Of a stretch of 64,000 nucleotides of DNA, positions 16,714 through 26,790 are shown piece after piece (positions within the stretch are counted from its first letter, which is position 1; each line of letters begins with the position of its first letter). This DNA comes from a virus. The notes under the pieces were generated by a model. It worked only from the letters and a program-made list of their open reading frames with translations, did no database searches and was not told the DNA's origin. The stretch lies in IMG/VR virus record IMGVR_UViG_3300037071_003688. One strand, given 5' to 3'. The translations under genes and the position numbers were made by a program.

Positions 16714-16923
16714 TCAGCACACTACGTCGAAGTCGATCGTGTCCGAGCCACTCCCCGCCGACGTGCCACCATCCCACGAATCCGAACCTGATCCGGCCGA
16801 CGTGCCACCATCCCAGCCGCAGAAGTCAAGTGCGACCCCGCCCGGCACGAGATCGCGCGGCGCCGCCATCCGTTTGATCTTGCCCGGGTCGAACACCGGT
16901 GTGTGCGAGGAACGATGCCGCAT
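16714..16923 (-). CDS. 69-aa fibre adaptor peptide (SSHTPVFD plus 2x WDGGTSAGSGSD)
   Basis: Fills the gap between hub and Mtd_N fibre genes; shares an N-terminal motif with two RBPs; exact 12-aa tandem repeat. Confidence 0.7.
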   Translation of the reverse strand: MRHRSSHTPVFDPGKIKRMAAPRDLVPGGVALDFCGWDGGTSAGSGSDSWDGGTSAGSGSDTIDFDVVC

Positions 16924-16924
16924 G

Positions 16925-18766
16925 TCAGATCTTCGTGACGCCGAGATCGCCGAGCGTGCCCATCGACTTGCCGCCGATCGAACGCAGCAACTTGCCCTGC
17001 GCCTGGTCGAGACTCAACCACGGGTGGCCGCACTCCAACGACCAGATCGCGTACCCCTTCTCGTCGGTGTTGCAGCCGATCGACAACACCTGCACTTCCT
17101 CGGTGCCACCATCATCGGTCGGCACCGTCACATAGTCGCCGACCTCGAACCCGACGTACGGCGTGTCACCCGACCCGGCCGGTTCGATCGCGATCCGGAT
17201 CGCGACGTCAGCGTCGCGCGCCGCTCTGGCGAGTTCGATCCGGCCCTGCCGTTCGGCGTCCTCGGCGATGCCCGCCTCGGTCGACAAGGTGTCGGCAACG
17301 ACCGCGCCGAACGATGCCTGTGCGGCGAGATCGTCAACCCACACAAACCCCTTCGCCCACTGCACCTTCAACCGGTTGGCGTAGACGCGGGTCGGGCCGC
17401 GCTCCATGCCGTCCTCACCGATGTTGACGCCCTCAACGAACGACACCCCGGATGACACACCGCCAGACCCCTGCGCCCAGCATTCGAGTGTCAACGTGTC
17501 CGGCTTGAAGTGCCAGTCGATCCAACCTTCCTGGTGCAACTGTTCGAGGAGCTTGCCGCCGGTCTCACCCTGCTTCATCGCGAACCACGGCACGAACTCC
17601 ATCTCGGTGTCCGGATCCGCCGAATCCCAGTCGCCGCCGTTCGAGTCGGTGAAGTCGGTGAACGTCTCACCGGCGTGTTGCGTCATCTCGCCCCGCGCCT
17701 GGCACTCGGCGATGAACTCCTGCAAGATCTGACCAGGCGTATAGCCGGGCCATTCTTCGAGCGTCGTCGCGAAGTACGACACCCAGTCCGCGGCGTTCGA
17801 CAGGAGCAGCCCGATGCCCTCGGACATCTCGACCTCGTCAGGCCAGATCGCCATGGCGATAGCGGCGAACAGAAGACCGGCCGGGTTCGATGTCAAGTCG
17901 GGGACGTACACGTTCTCGACCATCATCCCGACCAACCAGAACGCGGCGGGGAGTTCGAGCGAGATCTCTTTCCAGCCGGTCCACATCAACAAGTCGGCTT
18001 CCTCCGACAAGGCCGGGATCCCATGCAGGTGGAAGTCGAACAGGTTGTCGGCGGTGACCGTGAACTTCGTCAACTGGGTCCCGGCGAGACCGAATCCGCC
18101 GCGGAAGAAATGCCAGCCGATCGCCGTCTCCGTTGAACCATCGGCGATCGTCCAGTACGTCGGCACGTACGTCGGGGTCGGCGAGAACCCGTCGCCGTTG
18201 TGCGGCGCCCACGGCCACGGAAACGCGAGCGGAGCGGGCACGAGGTCGTAGATCGGTTCGTCGGTGATCTCGTCGGTCGCCGACTGCACCTTGAGGACAC
18301 GCGCCCCGTAGGCGACGCCGTCCTTGTACTCGTACAGTTCGGTCGGCGCACCCCAGCCCCCGGCGTTCGGGAAGTTCGGCGACGCCCACGACCAGTTCCG
18401 TGTCGACGGATCGAGGTCAGCCCCGGCGGGGACGTCGACGTCCACGATCCCGTTGTTCCACACGCACCCCCAGCCATCGCCGGTCATGACGAGCACGTTG
18501 CCGGTCTTCGGTCGCCGGGCGGTGGCGGTCCGCTTGGCGTCGATGCGGAACGTGAACCGTCGCACCCCGCCGACCTTGATCGCGATGAACCGGCCCCTCG
18601 TGCAGGCGGCACGGTCCGAGTCGTTCATCGCGATCGAGCAGTTCCCGCTCCCGAACCCGTTGTAGCCGTCGATGAAGCCCATCCCGAACGCTCCGTCGAG
18701 TGCCGTGACCAACGTCGTGGTGTCGGTGTCGTACAGGTCGGCTGAGAGCTTGAGTGGGTTGCCCAC
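16925..18766 (-). CDS. Baseplate hub/Tal-like minor tail protein
   Basis: 613 aa directly after Dit; NGFGSGNCSI N-terminus and C-terminal PYVGFEVGDYVTV...VLSI hub motif. Confidence 0.75.
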   Translation of the reverse strand: MGNPLKLSADLYDTDTTTLVTALDGAFGMGFIDGYNGFGSGNCSIAMNDSDRAACTRGRFIAIKVGGVRRFTFRIDAKRTATARRPKTGNVLVMTGDGWGCVWNNGIVDVDVPAGADLDPSTRNWSWASPNFPNAGGWGAPTELYEYKDGVAYGARVLKVQSATDEITDEPIYDLVPAPLAFPWPWAPHNGDGFSPTPTYVPTYWTIADGSTETAIGWHFFRGGFGLAGTQLTKFTVTADNLFDFHLHGIPALSEEADLLMWTGWKEISLELPAAFWLVGMMVENVYVPDLTSNPAGLLFAAIAMAIWPDEVEMSEGIGLLLSNAADWVSYFATTLEEWPGYTPGQILQEFIAECQARGEMTQHAGETFTDFTDSNGGDWDSADPDTEMEFVPWFAMKQGETGGKLLEQLHQEGWIDWHFKPDTLTLECWAQGSGGVSSGVSFVEGVNIGEDGMERGPTRVYANRLKVQWAKGFVWVDDLAAQASFGAVVADTLSTEAGIAEDAERQGRIELARAARDADVAIRIAIEPAGSGDTPYVGFEVGDYVTVPTDDGGTEEVQVLSIGCNTDEKGYAIWSLECGHPWLSLDQAQGKLLRSIGGKSMGTLGDLGVTKI

Positions 18767-19266
18767 TACGCGAAGCGTCCCTCAAGGATCGTGCCGGTCA
18801 TCACGAACTCGACCAGCGACAGATCGTCAATCGGATGCGCGAGCTTGAGCGGGTCGAACTGCACGTGCGCCTGCTGCGTAGCGCCGGACGGCTTGACCAG
18901 CGTGCAAAGACGGGCACCATCACCGGTCGTGACCGGGTTGAACACACCGGCGTTGAGGAGACCGATGTTCGTTTCGAGACCGACCGTTGAATCCGCGTAC
19001 GGCGTCCCGGCAGCGTTGAAGTCGCCGGTCACCCAGAACACGAGCGAGAACGGGCATTCGTCGTATTCCTTCGGGTAGCCGACACGGCCGGGAGACGAGG
19101 GGACGACACGGTTCTCACCGACGTAGCTCCGCTCGAACCACAACGTCGTGAGGTCCTGCACCATCCACCCCCACGTGTTGAGCGGGAAGTCCGGTGCATC
19201 TTCGATCGTGAGCGTGCCGTAGCAGTTGGGCGCGCAGCCGAACGGGTGATAGGCGGTGTACGTCAT
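18766..19266 (-). CDS. Distal tail protein (Dit-like)
   Basis: 166 aa directly after tape measure; GENRVVPSSPGR motif. Confidence 0.7.
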   Translation of the reverse strand: MTYTAYHPFGCAPNCYGTLTIEDAPDFPLNTWGWMVQDLTTLWFERSYVGENRVVPSSPGRVGYPKEYDECPFSLVFWVTGDFNAAGTPYADSTVGLETNIGLLNAGVFNPVTTGDGARLCTLVKPSGATQQAHVQFDPLKLAHPIDDLSLVEFVMTGTILEGRFA

Positions 19267-22200
19267 CGGAGCAGTCTCCGCATCTCATCGAGGAACTCGA
19301 ATGCCTTGCGCCGGTTGTTGGATCCGTCGCCGAGATACAGCTTGTCGACCATCACACGATCGACGTACTCCTCCTGCGTGAGCGGGGTCCGCGTCGCCTG
19401 GATCGCCTCGATCATCGCCTGACGGACGACGCGCCCGTCGACGCCACGAGCGTCATGGCCGCGCTCGGCGAGCGCCCTGAACATGCGGTCCAGTTCGGGG
19501 AGCACGACCGGCGGCGACTCGAACACGTTGGTTTCGGATGTCACGTCGGGCATACCTCGTGGACGCACGTCGAGGTCGAGGATCTCCGCGACCTTCATGA
19601 ACACGCCGAGCGCCCCGACGCGCTTGCCCATTCCGAGCGGGATGTACGCCTCGCCGCCGGTTTCGGGTTCGGCCCAGATCCGCGGGCCGCGTGCGATCTG
19701 AGCGGTGTGCGGCGCGTCCATCGTCCCGAAGCCGTGGATGCCGCCCTCGGCGAAGGCACCGCCGCCCTTCCCGAAGATGTCCTCCAACACCGACTGCGGT
19801 GTGTTCCTGCCGGGTCGGCTCCGAGAGGGCGGCGTCACGATGGGCGCGTCGAGGTTGCCGCCGAGTGCGACGGGTATCAGATCCTTGAACTGCTCCGCGA
19901 TCGCCTGCCTCTTGGCGTCATCGACGGCCACTTGCACGTTCTCGATGTTCAACTCGGCCGGAAGTTGAATCGGCGGATCTTGCGATTCGAGCAGCGTCCG
20001 AAGATCTGTCATCTCCTTGTCGATGTCGATGAACTCGGTCTTCAACTCGACAGTGTTCTTGCCGCTGGCGTTGACCTCCTCGACCTGGTCGAGGATCGCC
20101 TGGGTGGCTTCCGCGGCCAACTCCTCCGGCGTCTTGAACTGGGCGGCGACCAGCGCCGGGCCACCGAACCCTTCGAGCCGCTCGACCTGTTTCGCCTCCT
20201 CGACCTGGGCGATGCGTTCGTTGATCGTGGCCAACACTTCCTTCGCCCGGAGATCAATGATCGCCTTGTCGAGTGGAGCGACGTCGATCTCGATCGCCGG
20301 GTGATCCGTGGCGAACGCCTTGAGATCTTCGCGTTGCTTCTCAAGGTCAGCGATCTGCACGTCGAGTTGGACGTCGGTCGGGTCGGTCTGCTGCGCGGCC
20401 TCGACATCCTCGTTGAACGCCGCGACCGCGGCCTGCGCTGCCTGTTCGGCGCCGAGCGCGACCCGGTCGGCGGGCCACACCTGGGCGATGAGTTGGTCGA
20501 CGGTCGTCGGGTCGATGCCACCATCAATGAGCGACTGGCGGAACGGGGCGAGGAACGCTTCGGCTGCGCGTGCCCCGGCGAGCGGATCGGTGAGACCGAT
20601 CGACGCTGCCCGGTCGAGCGCGTCCTGGACGGTGTTCACGATGCCGTCCTGGAAGAACGCTTGCGCCTCCGGTGTCGGTGCCGCCAACAGGAAGTCGAAG
20701 AACGAAAGGTTCGCCTCGGCGGCTTGCGCCGTCAACTGCTGCATCAACGTCGTCGGGACGGTCGACAGTTCCGCCATCTCGGCGCGGACGTCGGCGAGTT
20801 TCTTCAACTCGTCGTCAATCCGATCCTGAATGTCACGCTGGTCGTCGGCGACCTCGTTGGCGACACGAGCGCGGCGGGCGCGAAGCTCGGCGGCACGGTT
20901 CACGAGGCCGAGCGCGTCGGCCTGCGCGATGTCATCATCGAACGCCGACAGCTTGTCCTGACCATCGCGCACGGCCCGGGCAAGCTGCTCTTTGAGATCG
21001 CCCAGCCGGTTCTGCGACTCGTCAATGTTCTTCGTCAGACCTTCGGCTTTCTTGAGGTCATCCTCGTTGACGATGCCGGTCAACGACTTGGTGATGTCAC
21101 GGAAGTCCTGGTCGAGGTTCTGGCTGGCGACCGTCAGATCGAGCTTGGCGCCGATCGAGTCGAGCACGTCACCGAACCGCTTGAACGCGGCAGTGGCCTT
21201 GTCGGCAGCGGATTCGGCTTGCTCGCCGAGCAGCTTGGCCTGCTCGCGGAGTTCCTCCATCGTGATGCCGTCATCGAGGAGCGCCTGCTTCCAGTCGGCC
21301 AACGCCTTGTTGGCCGTGTCGACGGCGTCGGCGGTGTCATCGCCGAGACCCTTCGCGGCATCACCAGTCGCCGACATTGCGTCCCCGAGGACGAACGCCT
21401 TATCGGCAGCGGCATCGGTGCCCGCCACGATGTCCCCATACAGGGTGGGCAGTCCCTCAAGATCCTTGCGGGAATCACCGATCGCGTTGATGACATCGTT
21501 GACCTGTTGGAGGTTGGCGGTCGGGAACTGAATGGTGAGAGCACTGAGCAGGTCGCCCTCATCCTTGATGGCGACCAGGTCTCCGAGCACTGCATCGGAG
21601 ATGCCAAGGTTCTTGACCGCATCCTTCGTCGCTGTCAGCCGGACGATAAGTCCATTCATGAACTTGCCGAACTGCTCCTCGCCTGCGAGTGCCTCTTGGC
21701 GGATGGTTTCCTTGTCGATGCCCAGCGACCGGAGCAGGGTGAACCCTTGCGGGCCGAGCGCCTCGTCCACCAGGTCGGCGAACACTCGACTGTTGATGAC
21801 CCCCTTGAGATTGATGAGATCGTCGGAGAACTCGGATCGGATCTTGTCAGCGAGTGATTCGATCGACCGTTCGAGTTCCTCTGCCTCTCTCTGGCCGTCG
21901 ATGAAGCCTTGAGCGATGAGACCGACCCCGACACCGATGGTGGCGAAGATGCCGCCCGGCACGCCGCCGGTGGCGAGTCCGGTCAACACGGAACCGATCG
22001 CGCCGACCGCGCCGGTGATCCGGGTGGCCGCGTCCTCGGAGGCGAGCGCCATCCCCGAGAAGGCGCCTGCGATGGCGACACCGAAGCCCTGCGCCACGGC
22101 CCCCGACTTGGTGAGGTTGGCAACCTCGGACCGCACCGCCTGGAAACTGGACTGTCCCGCGGCTCGGAACTCCCCGAAGTCGCTGACCGCTGTCTTGAGG

Positions 22201-25115
22201 GTGCCGGACAAGCGGCCCACTGACGTGGAGATCCCGGTGATCTGTGTCTGGAAGAAACTGACGGCCTTGAACCCGAGGAACACTCCGAGCAGTGTTTGCA
22301 GGACGCCGACCGGGATGTCGCCGATCAACTCGCCGACCACGGTCAGGACCGGGATGAGCACCTCGCCCACGGCCTGAGTGACGTTGAGGAGAGTCTCGAA
22401 GGCGGGCACAAGATCGGTCGCGGCCAACACCAACTGGTTGACGACCGGCGCCGCGGCCTCGGCCACGCCGGTGACAAGCGCGATGCCCTGGGATGCGGCA
22501 CGGAACGCAGTCGGCAACGCGTCTTGGGCGAACGTGACGATGTTGTCGAGGATCGGTGTGATCTTCGGGCCGAGTTCACCGATCGAACCGAACGCCTGTG
22601 TGAACAGTGTTTGGATCTCGGGGCCGATGTCCTTGAGCACGCCGAGCGCACGCACGACGACAGGGGCGACGCCCTGGATGCCTTCGCCGATGCCCTCGAC
22701 CAGGGTGCCGCCGATCTCAAGGCCGACGTCACCCAACTCTCTGAGAGCGGGGATCAGAGCGTCGCGGATCTCGGGGGTGAGCAACGCCGCCGACGCGGCG
22801 AACACGGTGAGCGCACCGGTCAGAGTCGTGATGCCCGGGATCAGCCTCCCGAACGGGCCGAGCACGGCGCCGAGCGCGCCGAGGCCGAGCGCGCCGAACG
22901 CGATCCCGAGCGGAGCGAGCGCCGGGCCGAGACCTTCGAGGGCGTCGATCGTCGGCTCGATCAGATCCGGGGCGTTCTCGAAGAACTGGTTGAAGGCGTC
23001 GAACACCGGACCCTCAACGAGAGCCGCCATGACCGGCTCGATCCGAGCACCCAACTGGTCGAATACGGCGGTGAACGACTTGAACCCGGCGATCAACGTG
23101 TCCGAGATCGGCTCGATGATCTTGACGCCGAAGCGGGCGCGGGCGGCACCGAAGTTCTCGATCGACCCCGACAGGGTGTCGCCGAGCTTCTCCATCGTGC
23201 CCGAGAAGGCGACCGTGGCGCCGTTGATCCCCTCGGTGCCGTGGAGGATGCCTTGTGTGATCGCGTCGAGAGCGAACTCGGAGGTGATCGCCCCCTCCGA
23301 GATCATCTTGCGGATCTCCTCGGTGGTCTTGCCGACTGTGTTGCCGAGGATTCGCAGCACGTCGACGCCGACGTTGCCGAACTGCCAGACGTCCTCACCA
23401 TTGATCCGGCCGATCGCCTGGATCTGACCGAAGATCGTGGCGAGCGACTGGGCGAACTGGTTGGCTTGCGAGCCGCGGGTGGCGGCAGCCTCACCGATCG
23501 CGGTGAGGAACAACGGCACCTTCTCCGCCGCGATGCCGAACGCGATCATGTTCGTCGCGGCACGCGCGAAGTCGTCCAACCGGAACGGCGTCCCACGCAC
23601 GACGTTCAACACGTCGCTCAACACCTGCGCTGCTGCCGACGCCGATTGGAGAGCGACCGTCAGCGAAGCGGTCGAGTCCTGGATCGTCGTGAACCGTTGG
23701 AAGCCTTCCGCCAGACTGGTCGCGAACACCCCGCCGATCGTGAGCGCGGCGGTCGCCAGGACCCGCTGGGTTGTCGTCGCGAACTGTCGACCGAACGCGC
23801 TCCCGGCTCGATCCCCGGCCCGCTCGAAGTCGTGCTCGGCGTCGGTCCCGAACGCCGTGACCTGAGCTTGCGCCGGGGCGAGGTTAGCGTTGACCGGAAC
23901 GACGACCGGCGGAACGTTCGGTGGCGGCGGTGGCGGTGGCGGCGGGCCGAGCACGGTCGGGATGACGACCGGCTGGAAGCTCGCGCCGCCGCTCGTGATG
24001 CGGGCGAGATCGGCGAGCAACTGTTGGGCGTCGACCACGACCGGTAGGCGCACCGGGTCGGCGTCGACAGCGGCGATGTCGGCCTGGGCCTGGTCGACGT
24101 CGGCGACGGCAGGAATGACGACCGGCGGAATGTTGGTGCCGAACGCCGTGAGATCGGCGTGGGCTTGATCATCGTCAAGACCGATCCGGACGAGGACGCC
24201 CTCCGATTGGAGTTGGGCCATCTCCGCCCGGAACCGGGCCAGCCCGGGGCTGGCCTCAATCCCGGGGCCGACCCCGGCTGCCGTGACCGGCACTTCGAGC
24301 GGCGGAAGATCCACCTTGGCGACGGCGGGCGGCACCTCGGACACGTCGGGCAGGACGCGCAGGATGACTGGCGGAAGGCTGTCGAGGGCGGTGGTGACCT
24401 CGCGCGGCACCTCGCTGACATCAGCTTGGAACTTGACCGTGAACGGCCCCTCGGGCAACTCGCTGATCGGCGCCACGGCCGGGATGACGGGAGTGGGGGT
24501 GGGCGCCACGGCGGTCGTGACGGGCACGACGATGTCGAGCGTGGTGAGCGCGACAAGCTCGCTGATCGCCTGGTCGGTGTTGACGACGACCGGGACCTCA
24601 ACGACGACGTCGAGTGTGGAGAGGGCGACGATGTCACTGAGTGCCTGCTCGACGTTGGCGAGGACCGGAAGCTCGATGATGGTTTCGCTGCCTTCGAGTC
24701 CGGCGATCTCACCTTCGGCCGCTTCGATGTTGGCGGTGACCGGGACCTCGACCACGACACCGAGCGTGGTGAGAGCGACGAGGTCGGCCAGCGCGGCGTC
24801 GGTGTCGAGCGTGACCGGCACGACAATGCCAGCGCCGATCGCGTCGAGGTTGACGATCTCTCCGAGCGCCTGCTCGGCGTCGGCGATGATCGGCACCGTG
24901 ATCGGCGGGACCGCCTGGTTCAACCGGTCGAGGCCGGTGGCGATGTTCCGCAACGCGTTCTGGTCGACGGTGACAGCGACCTTGATCGCCATGTCCGCTT
25001 CGAGCCGGGTCGCCTTCGCGATCAGTTCACGACGGATCCGTTCCCAGTCGGCGTTGGCTTTGGCGTCGCTCAGTCGGATGTCGGCCGCAGCCTGAGCAAC
25101 AGTCCGAATCGCCAC
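19263..25115 (-). CDS. Tape measure protein (1950 aa)
   Basis: Ala/Leu-rich helical repeats; RFTTIQDSTASL...VRGTPF tape-measure domain; C-terminal FAEGG...WAEPETGGEAYIPL. Confidence 0.93.
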   Translation of the reverse strand: MAIRTVAQAAADIRLSDAKANADWERIRRELIAKATRLEADMAIKVAVTVDQNALRNIATGLDRLNQAVPPITVPIIADAEQALGEIVNLDAIGAGIVVPVTLDTDAALADLVALTTLGVVVEVPVTANIEAAEGEIAGLEGSETIIELPVLANVEQALSDIVALSTLDVVVEVPVVVNTDQAISELVALTTLDIVVPVTTAVAPTPTPVIPAVAPISELPEGPFTVKFQADVSEVPREVTTALDSLPPVILRVLPDVSEVPPAVAKVDLPPLEVPVTAAGVGPGIEASPGLARFRAEMAQLQSEGVLVRIGLDDDQAHADLTAFGTNIPPVVIPAVADVDQAQADIAAVDADPVRLPVVVDAQQLLADLARITSGGASFQPVVIPTVLGPPPPPPPPPNVPPVVVPVNANLAPAQAQVTAFGTDAEHDFERAGDRAGSAFGRQFATTTQRVLATAALTIGGVFATSLAEGFQRFTTIQDSTASLTVALQSASAAAQVLSDVLNVVRGTPFRLDDFARAATNMIAFGIAAEKVPLFLTAIGEAAATRGSQANQFAQSLATIFGQIQAIGRINGEDVWQFGNVGVDVLRILGNTVGKTTEEIRKMISEGAITSEFALDAITQGILHGTEGINGATVAFSGTMEKLGDTLSGSIENFGAARARFGVKIIEPISDTLIAGFKSFTAVFDQLGARIEPVMAALVEGPVFDAFNQFFENAPDLIEPTIDALEGLGPALAPLGIAFGALGLGALGAVLGPFGRLIPGITTLTGALTVFAASAALLTPEIRDALIPALRELGDVGLEIGGTLVEGIGEGIQGVAPVVVRALGVLKDIGPEIQTLFTQAFGSIGELGPKITPILDNIVTFAQDALPTAFRAASQGIALVTGVAEAAAPVVNQLVLAATDLVPAFETLLNVTQAVGEVLIPVLTVVGELIGDIPVGVLQTLLGVFLGFKAVSFFQTQITGISTSVGRLSGTLKTAVSDFGEFRAAGQSSFQAVRSEVANLTKSGAVAQGFGVAIAGAFSGMALASEDAATRITGAVGAIGSVLTGLATGGVPGGIFATIGVGVGLIAQGFIDGQREAEELERSIESLADKIRSEFSDDLINLKGVINSRVFADLVDEALGPQGFTLLRSLGIDKETIRQEALAGEEQFGKFMNGLIVRLTATKDAVKNLGISDAVLGDLVAIKDEGDLLSALTIQFPTANLQQVNDVINAIGDSRKDLEGLPTLYGDIVAGTDAAADKAFVLGDAMSATGDAAKGLGDDTADAVDTANKALADWKQALLDDGITMEELREQAKLLGEQAESAADKATAAFKRFGDVLDSIGAKLDLTVASQNLDQDFRDITKSLTGIVNEDDLKKAEGLTKNIDESQNRLGDLKEQLARAVRDGQDKLSAFDDDIAQADALGLVNRAAELRARRARVANEVADDQRDIQDRIDDELKKLADVRAEMAELSTVPTTLMQQLTAQAAEANLSFFDFLLAAPTPEAQAFFQDGIVNTVQDALDRAASIGLTDPLAGARAAEAFLAPFRQSLIDGGIDPTTVDQLIAQVWPADRVALGAEQAAQAAVAAFNEDVEAAQQTDPTDVQLDVQIADLEKQREDLKAFATDHPAIEIDVAPLDKAIIDLRAKEVLATINERIAQVEEAKQVERLEGFGGPALVAAQFKTPEELAAEATQAILDQVEEVNASGKNTVELKTEFIDIDKEMTDLRTLLESQDPPIQLPAELNIENVQVAVDDAKRQAIAEQFKDLIPVALGGNLDAPIVTPPSRSRPGRNTPQSVLEDIFGKGGGAFAEGGIHGFGTMDAPHTAQIARGPRIWAEPETGGEAYIPLGMGKRVGALGVFMKVAEILDLDVRPRGMPDVTSETNVFESPPVVLPELDRMFRALAERGHDARGVDGRVVRQAMIEAIQATRTPLTQEEYVDRVMVDKLYLGDGSNNRRKAFEFLDEMRRLLR

Positions 25116-25181
25116 GGAGGACAGACTAATGACAGCGGCGTAACCACATCGGTGTCATCTGCGAGAGTACGGTTGGCCACC
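25116..25181. promoter_or_regulatory. Back-to-back leaderless promoters for tape measure (-) and head-tail adaptor (+)
   Basis: Minus strand TAGTCT (25128-25123) 7 nt before GTG 25115; plus strand TGTC-N11-TACGGT (25153-25173) 8 nt before ATG 25182; no SD on either side. Confidence 0.65.
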
Positions 25182-25976
25182 ATGACGTGGCAGGTGCTCG
25201 ATTCGGGTGTCGAGCCGATCACCGGGTGCGCCTGGACGATCATCGACCTGTGCGACGCCAACGTCAGCTTCGCCGTGGGGGAAGCCGCCGACAAGATGGC
25301 GATCGGCGTCCTGCACGCCGCCTCGGGCCGACAGTTCGGGCTGTGCGCGCGCACCATCCGGCCGTGCATGGAGGACTGCAACACCGGGCTACAGACGTTC
25401 AACCCGGCGCAACCCCGCTACGTGTACATCGTCGGGGAACCGTTCACGACGTTCCTGCCGTGGGCACGGATCCAGTGCGGTGTCTGCCTGAGCCGCCGCT
25501 GCGCCTGCGCCCACGTCTCCCAGATCGTGCTCCCCAACCATCGCATCCGCCGCGTCCGCGAAGTGAAGATCGACGGCGTCGTGCTCGACCCATCCGCCTA
25601 CCGGCTCGCCGGGCGACGACTGATCCGGATGGACGGCGGCGCCTGGCCGCGCTGCCAAGCCGACGACGCAGCCGACGACGCGCCCGGCTCGTGGTCCGTC
25701 GACTACATCTACGGACGCCCGGTCGATGAGGGCGGTCAGATCGCGACCGGGATCTACGCCTGCGAGATCGCCAAGTCGCTGTCAGGCAACGAATGCGAAC
25801 TCCCCCAACGCGTCCAAACCGTGTCGCGCCAGGGCGTCACCATCGGCTTCGTGGACCCGATGGACTTCCTCTCCCAAGGGTTGACCGGCCTGTACGTGGT
25901 CGACTCGTGGATCAAACAGGTCAACCCGAGCGGGCTACCCCGCCGAGCCGGAATGCTCAGAGCCGATGACTTCTAG
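25182..25976 (+). CDS. Head-to-tail adaptor (Cys-rich actinophage type)
   Basis: LHAASGRQFGLCARTIRPC, YACEIAK...CELPQRVQTVSRQGV, TGLYVVDSWIKQVNP; real start 25182. Confidence 0.8.
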   Translation: MTWQVLDSGVEPITGCAWTIIDLCDANVSFAVGEAADKMAIGVLHAASGRQFGLCARTIRPCMEDCNTGLQTFNPAQPRYVYIVGEPFTTFLPWARIQCGVCLSRRCACAHVSQIVLPNHRIRRVREVKIDGVVLDPSAYRLAGRRLIRMDGGAWPRCQADDAADDAPGSWSVDYIYGRPVDEGGQIATGIYACEIAKSLSGNECELPQRVQTVSRQGVTIGFVDPMDFLSQGLTGLYVVDSWIKQVNPSGLPRRAGMLRADDF

Positions 25977-26063
25977 CGTCGTAGTTACATGGTCCGCGTT
26001 TGGTGATAGCGGACGTGCAAACATGTTCGCCGTGGTACCCGCACGTAGCCGAGGAGTAACGCC

Positions 26064-26759
26064 ATGACGTGTTTCGACCGCCAGTACATCCGCCGTGTCA
26101 CCGCGATTGCGCTGGACGACTGCGGCCGTATCGCCGCCACCCCGGCAACGGGGACGGTGATCAAGGGACTCGCCGACGCCTTGCAGAGCGTGGCGTTCAC
26201 CCGCAACGTGGACGTCCCCCAGCAGACCGTCACGAAGAAGGTGAACGGGGGCACCTGCACGCAGCCGTTCCCGACGCCGACCGACCGAGGCTTCTCGACG
26301 GCGCTCACGTTCTGCGGCATCCACCCGGTGTTCGAGTCGATCACCGGCTACAAGCGGCTCGACATGAACGGCTCCACGATCACCGGGTGGGAGGACTCCA
26401 ACATCACCGGCAACCCGAAGGTGGCGTTGGAGATCATCTACGAGTCGTCGGCCGACGCTTGCACCGGTGGATCCGTGCCGTGCTTCGCTCAGTTGATCCC
26501 GGCGATCGTGCAGTGGGTCCGCTCGGGCGACGAGACCTACAACGGCACCGATGTCCCGGCGCTCGTGATGACCGGCCAGGCGTTGCTGAACGGCAACCTG
26601 TTCGACAACTACACGGCCGGAACGTTGCCGCCGTGGTTGGCGCACTGGGCACCGAAGTTCAACGACATCCAGACCGGCCGTGCCTGGTCGACGTCGGCGG
26701 TCATCACCTGCCCGGCAGCGGACACCGCCGACTCCTGTGTCCTGACCACGATCACCTGA
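26064..26759 (+). CDS. Major tail (tube) protein
   Basis: RBS GAGGAG; IALDDCG...SVAF...KKVNGGTC...LTFCG.HP...ITG...VALEI motifs of actinophage tail tube proteins. Confidence 0.8.
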   Translation: MTCFDRQYIRRVTAIALDDCGRIAATPATGTVIKGLADALQSVAFTRNVDVPQQTVTKKVNGGTCTQPFPTPTDRGFSTALTFCGIHPVFESITGYKRLDMNGSTITGWEDSNITGNPKVALEIIYESSADACTGGSVPCFAQLIPAIVQWVRSGDETYNGTDVPALVMTGQALLNGNLFDNYTAGTLPPWLAHWAPKFNDIQTGRAWSTSAVITCPAADTADSCVLTTIT

Positions 26760-26790
26760 CCCGGCCCTCGGGCACACGTAGGGTTCGGGC

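Noticed and set aside
24159-25181. Long N-terminal extensions called for several genes (starts 24159, 1783, 5205, 10915, 31878)
   Set aside because: They overlap real genes; coupled or leaderless starts at 25182, 1912, 5469, 10582 and 32208 fit better
25992-26014. Short hairpin GTCCGC/GCGGAC before the major tail gene as a riboswitch or terminator
   Set aside because: Only a 6-bp stem in GC-rich DNA; not distinguishable from chance
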